Shown here: positions 1 through 8,517 of the stretch, piece by piece | Numbering within the stretch: the stretch's first letter is position 1 | Layout of the letters: every line of letters begins with the position of its first letter | Assembly (NCBI GenBank): GCA_043760135.1 | Contig: JAYUPL010000007.1 | Coordinates: forward strand, 64,106 to 128,105 | DNA length: 64,000 nt | Source: Candidatus Parcubacteria bacterium | GTDB lineage: Bacteria; Patescibacteriota; Minisyncoccia; Phycocordibacterales; CAIZLB01 | Direction of reading: 5' to 3' | The notes under the pieces: model-generated | Databases searched by the model: none | Told to the model about the DNA's origin: nothing | What the model saw: the letters and a program-made list of their open reading frames with translations, nothing else | Translations under genes and position numbers: made by a program

Positions 1-361
1 ACCTATCAGATGGATATTGGACGATGCTTTTGCATTCGTAAAAAAAGAATTACGAAGAGGAAATACCTATCAAGGAATTATTATGGACCCTCCAGCCTTC
101 GGCCGTGGGGCAGCAGGGCAGGTGTGGAAGCTTGAAGAACAGTTTGTGGACTTTGTACAAGAAACAGCAAAGCTATTGGCTGACGATGCCTTATTTTTCG
201 TTGTAAACGGGTATGCGAGCGGATACTCTCACATTGCCTATAAACAAAACCTAGAAGCGATATTTTCCAAAGGAAAGGTGGAAAGTAAGGAGCTAACCAT
301 CGAGGACTCTACTGGAAAATTATTACCTTGTGGAATCGTAGCTAGATGGAAGTCTGAATAA
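1..361 (+). CDS. 3' fragment of a class I SAM-dependent RNA methyltransferase (RlmI/RlmK-like); 5' end lies outside the window
   Basis: ORF is open to the window edge; DPPAF motif (IMDPPAFGRG) typical of RlmI-type rRNA methyltransferases. Confidence 0.5.
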   Translation, partial: PIRWILDDAFAFVKKELRRGNTYQGIIMDPPAFGRGAAGQVWKLEEQFVDFVQETAKLLADDALFFVVNGYASGYSHIAYKQNLEAIFSKGKVESKELTIEDSTGKLLPCGIVARWKSE

Positions 362-457
362 CTTGACTTGGTTTTAGTATTTGTTATTATAACTATATTC
401 CTACATTCGATTCCGAAAGCGAATCAATGATCCAGATATCAAAATCTGGTGACTACA

Positions 458-850
458 TTAAGAAAGCTCTAATAGAGATATTAGTTGCTTTTTTATTTTA
501 GCGAAGTCTCCAATATTTATATATCCAATATAATAATAGAATCGATTAATAGAAATTAATCTGATTTGATTTAACATAATCCAATTCTTTTTATTATTAA
601 TATTATTTAATTCATAAAACCAAGATCCTGAATTTTTCTGTGTTGTTAAGGGTAATATTATACAGGTTTTACTATCTAATTTTTTAAGAATTAGCACAGG
701 ACGAGAAAAATTATCGCCAACTCCATCTTGTTCTTGCCCAATATTTTTACCAATTTTGCACCACCAAATATCCCTTTCTCTAACAAGGATATCCATATCT
801 TTTATAGCTTTCTTTTTTTCATTCCATTCGTCATATATGTTTATATTCAT
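458..850 (-). CDS. MazF/PemK-family endoribonuclease toxin-like protein (solitary)
   Basis: Motifs DIWWCKIG..GQEQDG...RPVLIL and ILPLTTQK...ILNQIRLI align with E. coli MazF (GDLIWVDF..GSEQAGHRPAVVLS; CVPCTTQSKG); paralog of 18412..18774. Confidence 0.6.
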   Translation of the reverse strand: MNINIYDEWNEKKKAIKDMDILVRERDIWWCKIGKNIGQEQDGVGDNFSRPVLILKKLDSKTCIILPLTTQKNSGSWFYELNNINNKKNWIMLNQIRLISINRFYYYIGYINIGDFAKIKKQLISLLELS

Positions 851-862
851 CTAAATATAATA

Positions 863-893
863 CAAAAATTACAATAAAGTATTCTTGAAGAAG
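863..893 (-). promoter_or_regulatory. Conserved upstream element TTCTTCAAGAATACTTTAT (copy 1 of 5), ends 13 nt before the MazF-like start
   Basis: Same core as 18368..18399, 42309..42330, 53704..53734 and 60631..60662. Confidence 0.45.
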
Positions 894-953
894 CTATAAA
901 ATAATTAATATTAAATTACCTTATATTTAAATCGTATTAACAGAAATATAAAT

Positions 954-1889
954 TCATATAAGCAAATTTTTGATTTTATTTTCAAACTCTTCATCTTGTG
1001 TATTAAACCAAACAATCTTCTCCTTTAATTCTTTATTGTTCCTAAACCAGGTTTTTTGCCTTTTGGCATAATGGCAAATCGCAAAATATAATTTTTCTTT
1101 GAACTCGTTCATTGTCAATATGCCTGTCAGTAGATCTGAAATAAATTTATATTCTAAACCTAGCTTTTGTAATTTTTCATGAGTAATTTTATTTTCTTTT
1201 AATAAATTCTCAACCTCCTGAATCATTCCTTGATCCAATCTTTTGTCTATTCTTGTTTGAATTCTTTTTTGTAAAATTTCATACTCAGTATCGAGTCCCA
1301 TAATAATGTTTTCATATTTATCATTAATTTTTATTTCAGGAATATATTTAAGTTCGGTAATAATCTCTATCGCTCGGATAACTCGTCTTTTATTTTTTAT
1401 GTCTATTTTTGAAATATTTGCATCATATTTTTCGGCGAGATTTTTTAATTCATTTTGTAAATATTCTAAACTTTCTTTTTCTAATATTTCTCTCAATTCT
1501 GGATTTTGTTTTGCAGGTGCTCCAGCTATTTCAAAGAGAAGGGCGTTGATATATAAACCTGTACCTCCGCAGACTATAGGGGTAATATTTTTTGATAATA
1601 AATCGTCTATAATTTTATTTGCATCTTGAGCATATTGAAAAACAGAATACTCCTGATCTGGGTTTAGTATGTCCAACATGTGATGAGGTACACCTTTCAT
1701 TTCATCTTTCGTTATTTTTCCAGTGCCGATATCCAAGTGTTTATAAATCTGTCGTGAGTCAGCAGAAATTATCTCGGAATCAAGGTTATATTTTTCTTTT
1801 AACCATAGAGAAATAGACACAGCAAGATCTGATTTACCGATGGCTGTGGGTCCTATTATGCTTATAATTTGAGGTTTTTTTCTGGACAT
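954..1889 (-). CDS. miaA: tRNA dimethylallyltransferase
   Basis: P-loop GPTAIGKS and full-length MiaA-like sequence (QIYKHLDIGTGK, CGGTGLY). Confidence 0.9.
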   Translation of the reverse strand: MSRKKPQIISIIGPTAIGKSDLAVSISLWLKEKYNLDSEIISADSRQIYKHLDIGTGKITKDEMKGVPHHMLDILNPDQEYSVFQYAQDANKIIDDLLSKNITPIVCGGTGLYINALLFEIAGAPAKQNPELREILEKESLEYLQNELKNLAEKYDANISKIDIKNKRRVIRAIEIITELKYIPEIKINDKYENIIMGLDTEYEILQKRIQTRIDKRLDQGMIQEVENLLKENKITHEKLQKLGLEYKFISDLLTGILTMNEFKEKLYFAICHYAKRQKTWFRNNKELKEKIVWFNTQDEEFENKIKNLLI

Positions 1890-1932
1890 GTATCTTATTT
1901 TTATACTATATTTCTGCTATAATTCAAACTAT

Positions 1933-4686
1933 ATGAAAAAATTCCTAAAAATCTCAATCCTTGCGATTTCATTATTTATTTTCAACAGAGCCGAGGCCAC
2001 TGATGCCATTGTTGGAAATATTGAGCTACAAACAACCATTTTCCAAGGTATTGGAAATACTCCGAGGCAATCTGTTGTGGTGGGGACCAAACTGTATGTT
2101 ATGAATGCAGGTTCTCACAATGTGTCTGTTGTTGACACAACTACGAATGAGGCAGTTGCGATGATTACTATCCCTGGTTTTACCCCTACTCCTGGATTTA
2201 TTATTGCTGTTGGTACAAAAGTGTATGTGCTTAATACTTCAACTAGTGATGTGAGTATTATAGACACAGTAACTGATACTGTCACTCAAACTATCACCAT
2301 TGGAGGTCTTCCTGCGCATGCAACTCTTGTTGGATCAAAATTGTACATTACGAATAATGGATCTGACAATGTCAGTGTGCTTGACACGGCTACGGACACC
2401 ATAACAGACACAGTATCTGTTGGATCAAATCCTCTATCTTCAACATTGGTTGGCACCTCAACTTTGTATGTAAATAATTACGGCGGTTTTAGTGTGTCCG
2501 TAATAAATACAAACACTAATACTGTAACTGATACTATTACTGTAGGGGATTCTCCTATTAGTTCAACACTTGTGGGCACAAAACTATATGTAAATAATCA
2601 GAACAGTGGAGGTTCTGTTTCCGTGATCAATACAACAACGAACACAGTTACTTCTACGTTAACAGGAACCGTGATAGGGCCTATTTCTTCAACACTGGTT
2701 GGTACCTCAACTTTGTATGTAAATAACCACGGTAGTTCGACTGTCTCTGTAATCAATACAAATACTGATACAATAAGTCAAACAATAAATATTGTTCGTT
2801 CCGCACCCACATTTTCCACACTAGTTGGTACCAAGCTCTACGTGGGCACTCAAGAATTAGATGTTAATAGTTCAAGTACTGTGGTTATTATTAATACAAC
2901 AAACAATACAGTGGTAGAAAATGTGTCTGTTGGAGGAGGTCCTTTGAGTCAAACCTTGGTGGGTACAAAGCTGTATACAAACAATGCTAACAGCGGTGTT
3001 CACAATGTCAGTGTACTCGACACAGTTACTGACACTGTTATTGCTACAATACCTTCATACAGAGCACTTGCACCAGAAGCTCAGTTTTCAACCGTAATAG
3101 GTACAAAGCTGTACGTGAATAACTCAGGTTCAACTGTGGTAACTGTTGTTGATACATTGACGGATACTATTTTGCAAAATATAACGGTTGGTACTGGACC
3201 ACTAAACTCTTTACTGGTGGGTACGAGACTATATGTCAATAATTATCTCTCCAACAATGTTTCAGTTGTTGATGTAAATACAAATACGGTCATAGCAACT
3301 ATTCCAGTTGGTGGTAATCCAAATGATCTAGTACTGTCTGGTACGAAATTGTATATAAATAATTCTGATTCTGGAACTATAACTGTGATTGATACAACAA
3401 ATAATACAGTTCTCACAACTGTTACAGTTGGTACGTATCCATCGCACCCAACCCTACTTGGCACCAAACTGTATGTTCACAATTTTTATTCGAACACTGT
3501 TTCTGTGATTGATACTGCAACTGATACAGTTGTGCAAACTATAGCTGGTTTCAGTTACCCTCGTTCTTCAACATATGTAAATGGAAAATTATATGTAAGT
3601 AATGGTGGTGGTAATAATTTAAAAATTATTGATCCTAATACAAATACGATTGTTCAAACTATTGCAGTAGGTGAGAGTCCAATGAAATCAACATTATTGA
3701 ATGGAATGTTGTATGTAAATAACTTTGATTCAAACTATATTTCTGTTGTAAATCCTATAACAAATACTGTAACTCAAATCATTCCAAGTGTGGGTGTAAA
3801 CTCTGTGTATATAAACTCTTCTAATAGTAAGCTCTATGTTGCTGGTGCAGATTCGAATCTTGTTATTATAGATTTATCAAATAATGCAATTGTTCAGACT
3901 ATTCTTATTGATGGATATCCTGCATCGGCAAATATTATGGGTACAAAAATGTATGTGAATAAGTATGACTCAGAACTTACTATAATCCAGTTAGATGCAC
4001 CTGATGTTATTTCAACAGTAAATGGCTCAGCTCTGACTATTATTTATCCTCAAACTTTATCTACTTCATCGATTCCTAGTTTATCAAATTTTACCTTTGG
4101 GAGTCATGGTATTCAGGCTATTGCCATAGGGGGTAATCAGGTTAATCTAACATTGTCATCTCCAGTTACTCCTACAGAGGATTTCTCAGTTACTTATACT
4201 GTTCCTGTCGTTAATCCGTTACAAGATGTACTTGGAAATAACCTTGCGCCGATAATTGCAAAACCTGTTATTAATCTTACACCATCTACTGTCTCAAGTT
4301 CCGCGTCAGGAGGCTCAAGTGGTGGTGGAAGTGGTGGTGGAAGTGGTGGTGGATATGTCGCAGCTAATTTACCAAAAATAGTAAATGCTACATCAACCAA
4401 TGTTATAGCAAGTTCTTCGCTCGCTTGTCCTTACTTTACACAGAATTCAAAACAAGGAAGTAAAAATTTAGAAGTGATTAAAATAAAAAAATTCTTGAAT
4501 GAATTTTCAAAAGAAAAACTAAATATAAATTCAAATGTGTATGACCTAGCCCTACTTAATGCAGTGAAAAGATTTCAAGTAAAATATAAAGCCCAAATAT
4601 TGACTCCTTTAAAACTTAAATATGGTACAGGTTTATGGTATGCATCTACGAAAGCTCAGGCTAATAAGGTGGTGGGTTGTAGGTAA
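1933..4686 (+). CDS. Secreted/cell-surface protein with about 20 YVTN-type beta-propeller repeats, a Gly/Ser linker and a C-terminal peptidoglycan-binding-like domain
   Basis: Signal peptide MKKFLKISILAISLFIFNRAEA; reiterated about 40-aa units (LYV.N.GS..VSVIDT.T.TV..TI.VG..P..TLVGTK); linker SGGSSGGGSGGGSGGG; C-terminus (VYDLALLNAVKRFQVKYK...TGLWY) resembles PG_binding_1. The track ORF starts at 1888, but MKKFL at 1933 is the likely start. Confidence 0.7.
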   Translation: MKKFLKISILAISLFIFNRAEATDAIVGNIELQTTIFQGIGNTPRQSVVVGTKLYVMNAGSHNVSVVDTTTNEAVAMITIPGFTPTPGFIIAVGTKVYVLNTSTSDVSIIDTVTDTVTQTITIGGLPAHATLVGSKLYITNNGSDNVSVLDTATDTITDTVSVGSNPLSSTLVGTSTLYVNNYGGFSVSVINTNTNTVTDTITVGDSPISSTLVGTKLYVNNQNSGGSVSVINTTTNTVTSTLTGTVIGPISSTLVGTSTLYVNNHGSSTVSVINTNTDTISQTINIVRSAPTFSTLVGTKLYVGTQELDVNSSSTVVIINTTNNTVVENVSVGGGPLSQTLVGTKLYTNNANSGVHNVSVLDTVTDTVIATIPSYRALAPEAQFSTVIGTKLYVNNSGSTVVTVVDTLTDTILQNITVGTGPLNSLLVGTRLYVNNYLSNNVSVVDVNTNTVIATIPVGGNPNDLVLSGTKLYINNSDSGTITVIDTTNNTVLTTVTVGTYPSHPTLLGTKLYVHNFYSNTVSVIDTATDTVVQTIAGFSYPRSSTYVNGKLYVSNGGGNNLKIIDPNTNTIVQTIAVGESPMKSTLLNGMLYVNNFDSNYISVVNPITNTVTQIIPSVGVNSVYINSSNSKLYVAGADSNLVIIDLSNNAIVQTILIDGYPASANIMGTKMYVNKYDSELTIIQLDAPDVISTVNGSALTIIYPQTLSTSSIPSLSNFTFGSHGIQAIAIGGNQVNLTLSSPVTPTEDFSVTYTVPVVNPLQDVLGNNLAPIIAKPVINLTPSTVSSSASGGSSGGGSGGGSGGGYVAANLPKIVNATSTNVIASSSLACPYFTQNSKQGSKNLEVIKIKKFLNEFSKEKLNINSNVYDLALLNAVKRFQVKYKAQILTPLKLKYGTGLWYASTKAQANKVVGCR

Positions 4687-4867
4687 AATGGCAGGACTTG
4701 ATCTCTACGAGATCAGTATGGATATTTTGATTATTTAGGTCTGGACATATCGTTAATGTAGTTCCCTAGAAAGGGACTTGGTCCTTACAGGACCATTATA
4801 CCTTTGCAATTTTTTCAAATTTTACAAATTCTCAAAAATATAGCAAAGCTTTTTCAAGTCCCTCCCG

Positions 4868-4927
4868 AAACTGCCATTGGGCAGTTTCTTCCATCCCAAA
4901 AGAAAACTGTCCCTAAAGGACAGTTTT
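4868..4927. terminator. Two tandem hairpins (AAACTGCC-attg-GGCAGTTT and AAAACTGTCC-ctaaa-GGACAGTTTT) with T/A runs on both sides; bidirectional termination zone between the YVTN gene and tRNA-Leu
   Basis: Perfect inverted repeats read directly from the sequence. Confidence 0.5.
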
Positions 4928-4973
4928 CTGTTTGTGCGACTTGCTTTGATTTATCAAAGCAGAAGTACTCTTG

Positions 4974-5058
4974 TGGTGCTGAGAGAGGGACTTGAACCCT
5001 CACTAGGTTGCCCTGCGCGATTTTGAGTCGCGTGCGTCTACCATTCCGCCATCTCAGC
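4974..5058 (-). tRNA. tRNA-Leu(CAA), type II with long variable arm, CCA encoded
   Basis: Reverse complement: GCTGAGA TG GCGG AATGGTAGACGC...anticodon loop CTCAAAA...long arm...GGGTTCAAGTCCC...TCTCAGC ACCA. Confidence 0.85.
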
Positions 5059-5079
5059 CTATGTGCTATACTATAATAC

Positions 5080-5679
5080 ATGAAAAGAATAATAATAACA
5101 ATAATACTATTTGTAGTCATAGCTCTAGGGGTAATCCTATATAGAGGTATGTCTGATAACACATTTAAGGATGTATCAGGAGAAACTGATGCAGCCCTTA
5201 TAGCTAAGAGCTTTATAGATAAAATGATTCCTCACCATGAAGGGGCTGTTGCTTCGTCTTTGATTGTTATGAACGATTTGGGCATAACAGAATCTAAGGT
5301 TAGAGTGCTTGCTGCGAATATAGTTGACTCACAAACTTTTGAAATAGCAAAAATGAAAAGTATGTACGCGGAATATCTTGGTAGTGAATATCCTGCATCA
5401 ACAACTCATCATACTATGTCTGCAATTGATGGTTTGAAAGGAGATGTACTGGGTCGAGCATATGCAACTGCAATGATTACTCATCATGAAGATGCTATTA
5501 AGATGTCTAAAGATTATATAAAATTGGTTGATAAGTTTAAAAAAGATAGTGAGGTAAAAGAGGAAGGTTTAACTGTTTCAAACAATCACCCTGCTCTAGA
5601 GTTAACTTATGAGTTGGCAAAACAAATCATCGATACACAAGAAAAGGAGATTGAACAAATGAAAACTTGGTATAAGTAA
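5080..5679 (+). CDS. DUF305-family (ferritin-like, His-rich) membrane-anchored protein
   Basis: N-terminal TM; duplicated MIPHHEGA / MITHHEDAI motifs characteristic of DUF305. Confidence 0.7.
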   Translation: MKRIIITIILFVVIALGVILYRGMSDNTFKDVSGETDAALIAKSFIDKMIPHHEGAVASSLIVMNDLGITESKVRVLAANIVDSQTFEIAKMKSMYAEYLGSEYPASTTHHTMSAIDGLKGDVLGRAYATAMITHHEDAIKMSKDYIKLVDKFKKDSEVKEEGLTVSNNHPALELTYELAKQIIDTQEKEIEQMKTWYK

Positions 5680-5703
5680 AACCCTCGTAAAAAATAAAAA
5701 AGT

Positions 5704-5738
5704 CGCGGTCCCTGTAAGGGTCCGCGCTTTTGTTTATT
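5704..5738. terminator. Rho-independent bidirectional terminator (CGCGGTCCC-tgtaa-GGGTCCGCG followed by TTTTGTTTATT, A-run upstream)
   Basis: GC-rich hairpin between convergent genes. Confidence 0.6.
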
Positions 5739-5745
5739 ATATCGA

Positions 5746-6174
5746 CTACATCTGAACTGCTTGTTGAATGCCAATTCTTTCACGATCACAAATCATAATC
5801 AAGACATGTCGTTCAAAGTCGCTTAAGCGATGGTGAAGGATCTCATCTTGCTGGTGCCACAGGGAATTGATTGAAGGCGTAAGGTCGTTTGTTGCGAATT
5901 CTTCTGCGGTGTAGATGAAAACAACTTTGCCTCCGTTGTGTAGGATCCCTTGATGCTTCAAACATTCAGGGGAGGTTAGGATGTCGCACCTGTACAATTC
6001 ATCGCACACCATTTGACGAATATTAACACTACCTGTATCAACATCGCAAGTTGTGTTAAATCGGAATGTTCCCCATTTACCTTCATTATTGGTATTGAGA
6101 AGAATTCTCCCAGCCTTGTCGATAACAAAGACCATCATGGAGGTTGTCCATGGAAAATGATTGATTGGTTCCAT
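5746..6174 (-). CDS. Hypothetical protein (possibly a degenerate NUDIX-like fold)
   Basis: ORF only; weak GKWG..F motif; no clear NUDIX box. Confidence 0.35.
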   Translation of the reverse strand: MEPINHFPWTTSMMVFVIDKAGRILLNTNNEGKWGTFRFNTTCDVDTGSVNIRQMVCDELYRCDILTSPECLKHQGILHNGGKVVFIYTAEEFATNDLTPSINSLWHQQDEILHHRLSDFERHVLIMICDRERIGIQQAVQM

Positions 6175-6263
6175 CAGTTTTTGTGTTTATGTTTTTCAAA
6201 ATTGCTAACTGTACACAAAATACCATTTTTATTTTATGTTAGCAATGAGTGTCTTGTACAAAA

Positions 6264-6788
6264 CTAGTCAGTCGATACAGTACCTATTCTTACAATTTTA
6301 TCTCCCTCCAGTCTATATTCTATCGTCTTCTCAATATTCCATTTTTGTTCTGTGCAATCTTCACCACAATCTAAACCTTTCCCAGTCAAGGAAATTACAC
6401 CATCTTTGATTGTAACTAAACTCAAGTCACTTTTTGTGGCTGAAGATGATTTGTATCCATCAAAAGAAACATTGTCTAAAGATTGAGTTGATCTATTTTC
6501 AACATTCAATATAACTTCTAAACTCAATGAACACGATGCTCCACAAAATACCACAGCCATGATGGCATCTTCGTATGTGTCATTATTTAAATCTCCTTTA
6601 GCTAAAATGTTTGCATCAGCATCCTGAGTCGCAGCAATAAACATATTGTCACCAAGGATAACAGGTGTGGTTGTTGCAAGTATAGTTTCCTCCATTGGAG
6701 TAGGAGGGTTAAATGCTTTGTTTAGATAATAATAGGCAATACCCCCAATGATAAGTATTGCGAGTGTGATTTGGATACCTTTTTTCAT
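6264..6788 (-). CDS. Hypothetical membrane-anchored protein
   Basis: N-terminal TM helix (ITLAILIIGGIAYYYL); Cys-containing extracytoplasmic region. Confidence 0.45.
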   Translation of the reverse strand: MKKGIQITLAILIIGGIAYYYLNKAFNPPTPMEETILATTTPVILGDNMFIAATQDADANILAKGDLNNDTYEDAIMAVVFCGASCSLSLEVILNVENRSTQSLDNVSFDGYKSSSATKSDLSLVTIKDGVISLTGKGLDCGEDCTEQKWNIEKTIEYRLEGDKIVRIGTVSTD

Positions 6789-6874
6789 AGGGTTAATTAT
6801 ACCAGAATAATAGGGAGTTTTTTATATTTGACAAAACCTTTTACATAATTTGTAATCTATGTTATACTTCAAAT

Positions 6875-7210
6875 ATGAAAACAGAGAGACCAACTACTAT
6901 ATATAAAACAATATGTGACACCTGTCACCAGGCTTGCGAAGTGCCTTTTAAACCAAACGGCAAGAAGCCTGTATTTTGTGATGCGTGTTTTAAACATATG
7001 AGAGAACCTTCAGTTGTTGAAGGTGCATATGTGAGAAGAAAAGATAAAACTATATTTGATACACCTGAAAACTTTGTTCAACCAACAAACCCTATGACAT
7101 CAACCTATGCTCCATCACAAGAAGTGAGAATTGCTGAGTTAAAAAGAGAGTTGTCGTCTGCAAATGCAAAACTCGATAAGTTGATTGATATGTTCAATAA
7201 GTTGAAATAG
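6875..7210 (+). CDS. Zinc-ribbon (C-x2-C-x3-C...C-x2-C) protein with C-terminal coiled coil
   Basis: CDTCHQAC...FCDACFKH cysteine cluster; terminator follows. Confidence 0.45.
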   Translation: MKTERPTTIYKTICDTCHQACEVPFKPNGKKPVFCDACFKHMREPSVVEGAYVRRKDKTIFDTPENFVQPTNPMTSTYAPSQEVRIAELKRELSSANAKLDKLIDMFNKLK

Positions 7211-7232
7211 AAATCTTAACCCTCATAAAAAG

Positions 7233-7266
7233 CCGTCGTCCAAGAAATGACGACTCTTTTTTATTC
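7233..7266 (+). terminator. Rho-independent terminator (GTCGTC-caagaaat-GACGAC followed by TCTTTTTTATT)
   Basis: Hairpin plus T-run directly after the stop codon. Confidence 0.6.
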
Positions 7267-7295
7267 AGGTTCAGAGGCTAAGACAAAATAAAAAA

Positions 7296-7327
7296 ATTCC
7301 TCAAGGTTGTAAATCTTGAGGTTTTTG
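7296..7327 (-). terminator. Hairpin (CCTCAAG-gttgtaaat-CTTGAGG) with T-runs on both strands; terminator for the minus-strand small membrane protein gene
   Basis: Read from the sequence. Confidence 0.45.
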
Positions 7328-7344
7328 GTTTTTTTGAAATTGGT

Positions 7345-7620
7345 TCAGTCAGCGACCTTGCTAGAATTTTCAGGTTTAATGGCGGACGCAAGAAGGATAA
7401 AGAATCCAAAAGGTAGAAAAAGGATTAGAAAATACACCATTCCCATAAAACTCGATTTTTTAAGACGGAGTAATTTGTTGCTGTATAGGAAAAAAGAAGC
7501 TATACCGGCTAAACCATATGTAATGATGGTAGCAAGTAAAATTCCTAAGCCAAAGCCAAGGATGAGAGAAAAGATGAGAAGGAAACTGAGGATCATTCGG
7601 GATATGTGGTTTGTGCTCAT
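7345..7620 (-). CDS. Small multi-pass membrane protein (hypothetical)
   Basis: Strongly hydrophobic helices and a terminator just downstream; the overlapping plus-strand ORF is K/R-rich antisense noise. Confidence 0.35.
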   Translation of the reverse strand: MSTNHISRMILSFLLIFSLILGFGLGILLATIITYGLAGIASFFLYSNKLLRLKKSSFMGMVYFLILFLPFGFFILLASAIKPENSSKVAD

Positions 7621-7675
7621 AGGTGCGTTTTTTGGTACTCGGATATTATACTACTTATTAGACTAAAAGTCAAAA

Positions 7676-8056
7676 TTATATACTACTTTTCACTCTAAAG
7701 AGTACAATTTTTGTGATGAGATCATATGGAATCAATTTATCATCAATAGGAAATTGGACTGCACCTTTTGATGTTTTGTATTTTGATAATTTTTTTTTGA
7801 ATTTAGTCATAGCTGATGGAGTGGGGTAGAATCCAATATGATTTTGGTACGCAGTGAAATGAACAAGATTTTCATTTAAGTAGTATGTTGGCATTCCGTA
7901 TGATATTTTTTCTATTGCTTTAGGTGCAGCTTTTTTTATGGTGGTCCGGATTTTCTTGAGAATTTTTTGTGTTGAGGTGGGGAAGGTGGAGATGTATTCA
8001 GGGATTGTTGAATATGTTTGCATACAAAAATTATACCACATAATATATTTTGCCAT
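7676..8056 (-). CDS. DUF1801 (YdhG/YdeI-like) domain protein
   Basis: Pattern PEYISTFP...ISYGMPTY...LVHFTAYQNHIGFYP...KGAVQFP; true start may be the internal MQTYS (8023). Confidence 0.55.
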   Translation of the reverse strand: MAKYIMWYNFCMQTYSTIPEYISTFPTSTQKILKKIRTTIKKAAPKAIEKISYGMPTYYLNENLVHFTAYQNHIGFYPTPSAMTKFKKKLSKYKTSKGAVQFPIDDKLIPYDLITKIVLFRVKSSI

Positions 8057-8061
8057 CTGGT

Positions 8062-8078
8062 GAACTAAGGTTTACAAT
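8062..8078 (+). promoter_or_regulatory. Candidate Cheo/SOS-type box GAAC-taag-GTTT overlapping a TACAAT -10, 8 nt upstream of the umuD ATG
   Basis: Near-palindrome GAACnnnnGTTY adjacent to a -10 hexamer. Confidence 0.3.
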
Positions 8079-8085
8079 ATACTCA

Positions 8086-8517
8086 ATGCGCGTTATTGAT
8101 TATAAAAAAACAACATATAAACCCATCCCTTTGGTATCCTCATACGTCAAAGCTGGTTTTGCTTCGCCTGCAGATGATTACACAGAGCGAGTGATTGATA
8201 TCAATGATTTATTCCAAGTTGATGAATCAACATCTTTTTATGTTCGGGCTGAAGGTCAGTCTATGAAAAATTCAGGTATTATCCCAGAAGACATTTTATG
8301 TGTTCGAAAAGACCTTGAACCTATCGATGGAGATATTGTCATCGCCGCCATTGATAATGAGTTCACGGTAAAAACATTTCGTCGTAAGGAAAACAGTATT
8401 TTCTTCGAAGCATCGAACGAAGATTTTCCAAACATTATTCCGGTTGAAGGACAGGAGGTGCAAGTGTGGGGAGTTGTGACAGGATTAGCGCGAGTATTAA
8501 AGAGAAACAAAAAATGA
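8086..8517 (+). CDS. umuD: Translesion polymerase V accessory subunit UmuD (S24 LexA-like peptidase)
   Basis: GFASPADDY...RVIDINDL...YFVRAEGQSMKNSGI..DIL.V......GDIVIAAIDNEFTVK aligns with UmuD; stop overlaps the umuC start (ATGA). Confidence 0.75.
   Translation: MRVIDYKKTTYKPIPLVSSYVKAGFASPADDYTERVIDINDLFQVDESTSFYVRAEGQSMKNSGIIPEDILCVRKDLEPIDGDIVIAAIDNEFTVKTFRRKENSIFFEASNEDFPNIIPVEGQEVQVWGVVTGLARVLKRNKK

Noticed and set aside
1306-1816. Plus-strand ORFs inside miaA
   Set aside because: Antisense to a well-supported gene; low-complexity Phe/Ser/Ile-rich translation.
3243-4400. Minus-strand ORFs inside the YVTN gene, including a PPLPPPLPPP stretch
   Set aside because: Antisense to the repeat gene; the poly-Pro stretch is simply the reverse reading of the GGSGGG linker codons.
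4804-5162. ORFs 4804..4995(+) and 4854..5162(-)
   Set aside because: They overlap tRNA-Leu(CAA) and the tandem terminator hairpins, with no coding signal.
7316-7666. 116-aa plus-strand ORF overlapping the minus-strand small membrane protein
   Set aside because: Arg/Lys-rich low-complexity translation typical of antisense reading of a hydrophobic gene. The minus-strand ORF has clean TM helices and a terminator just downstream.
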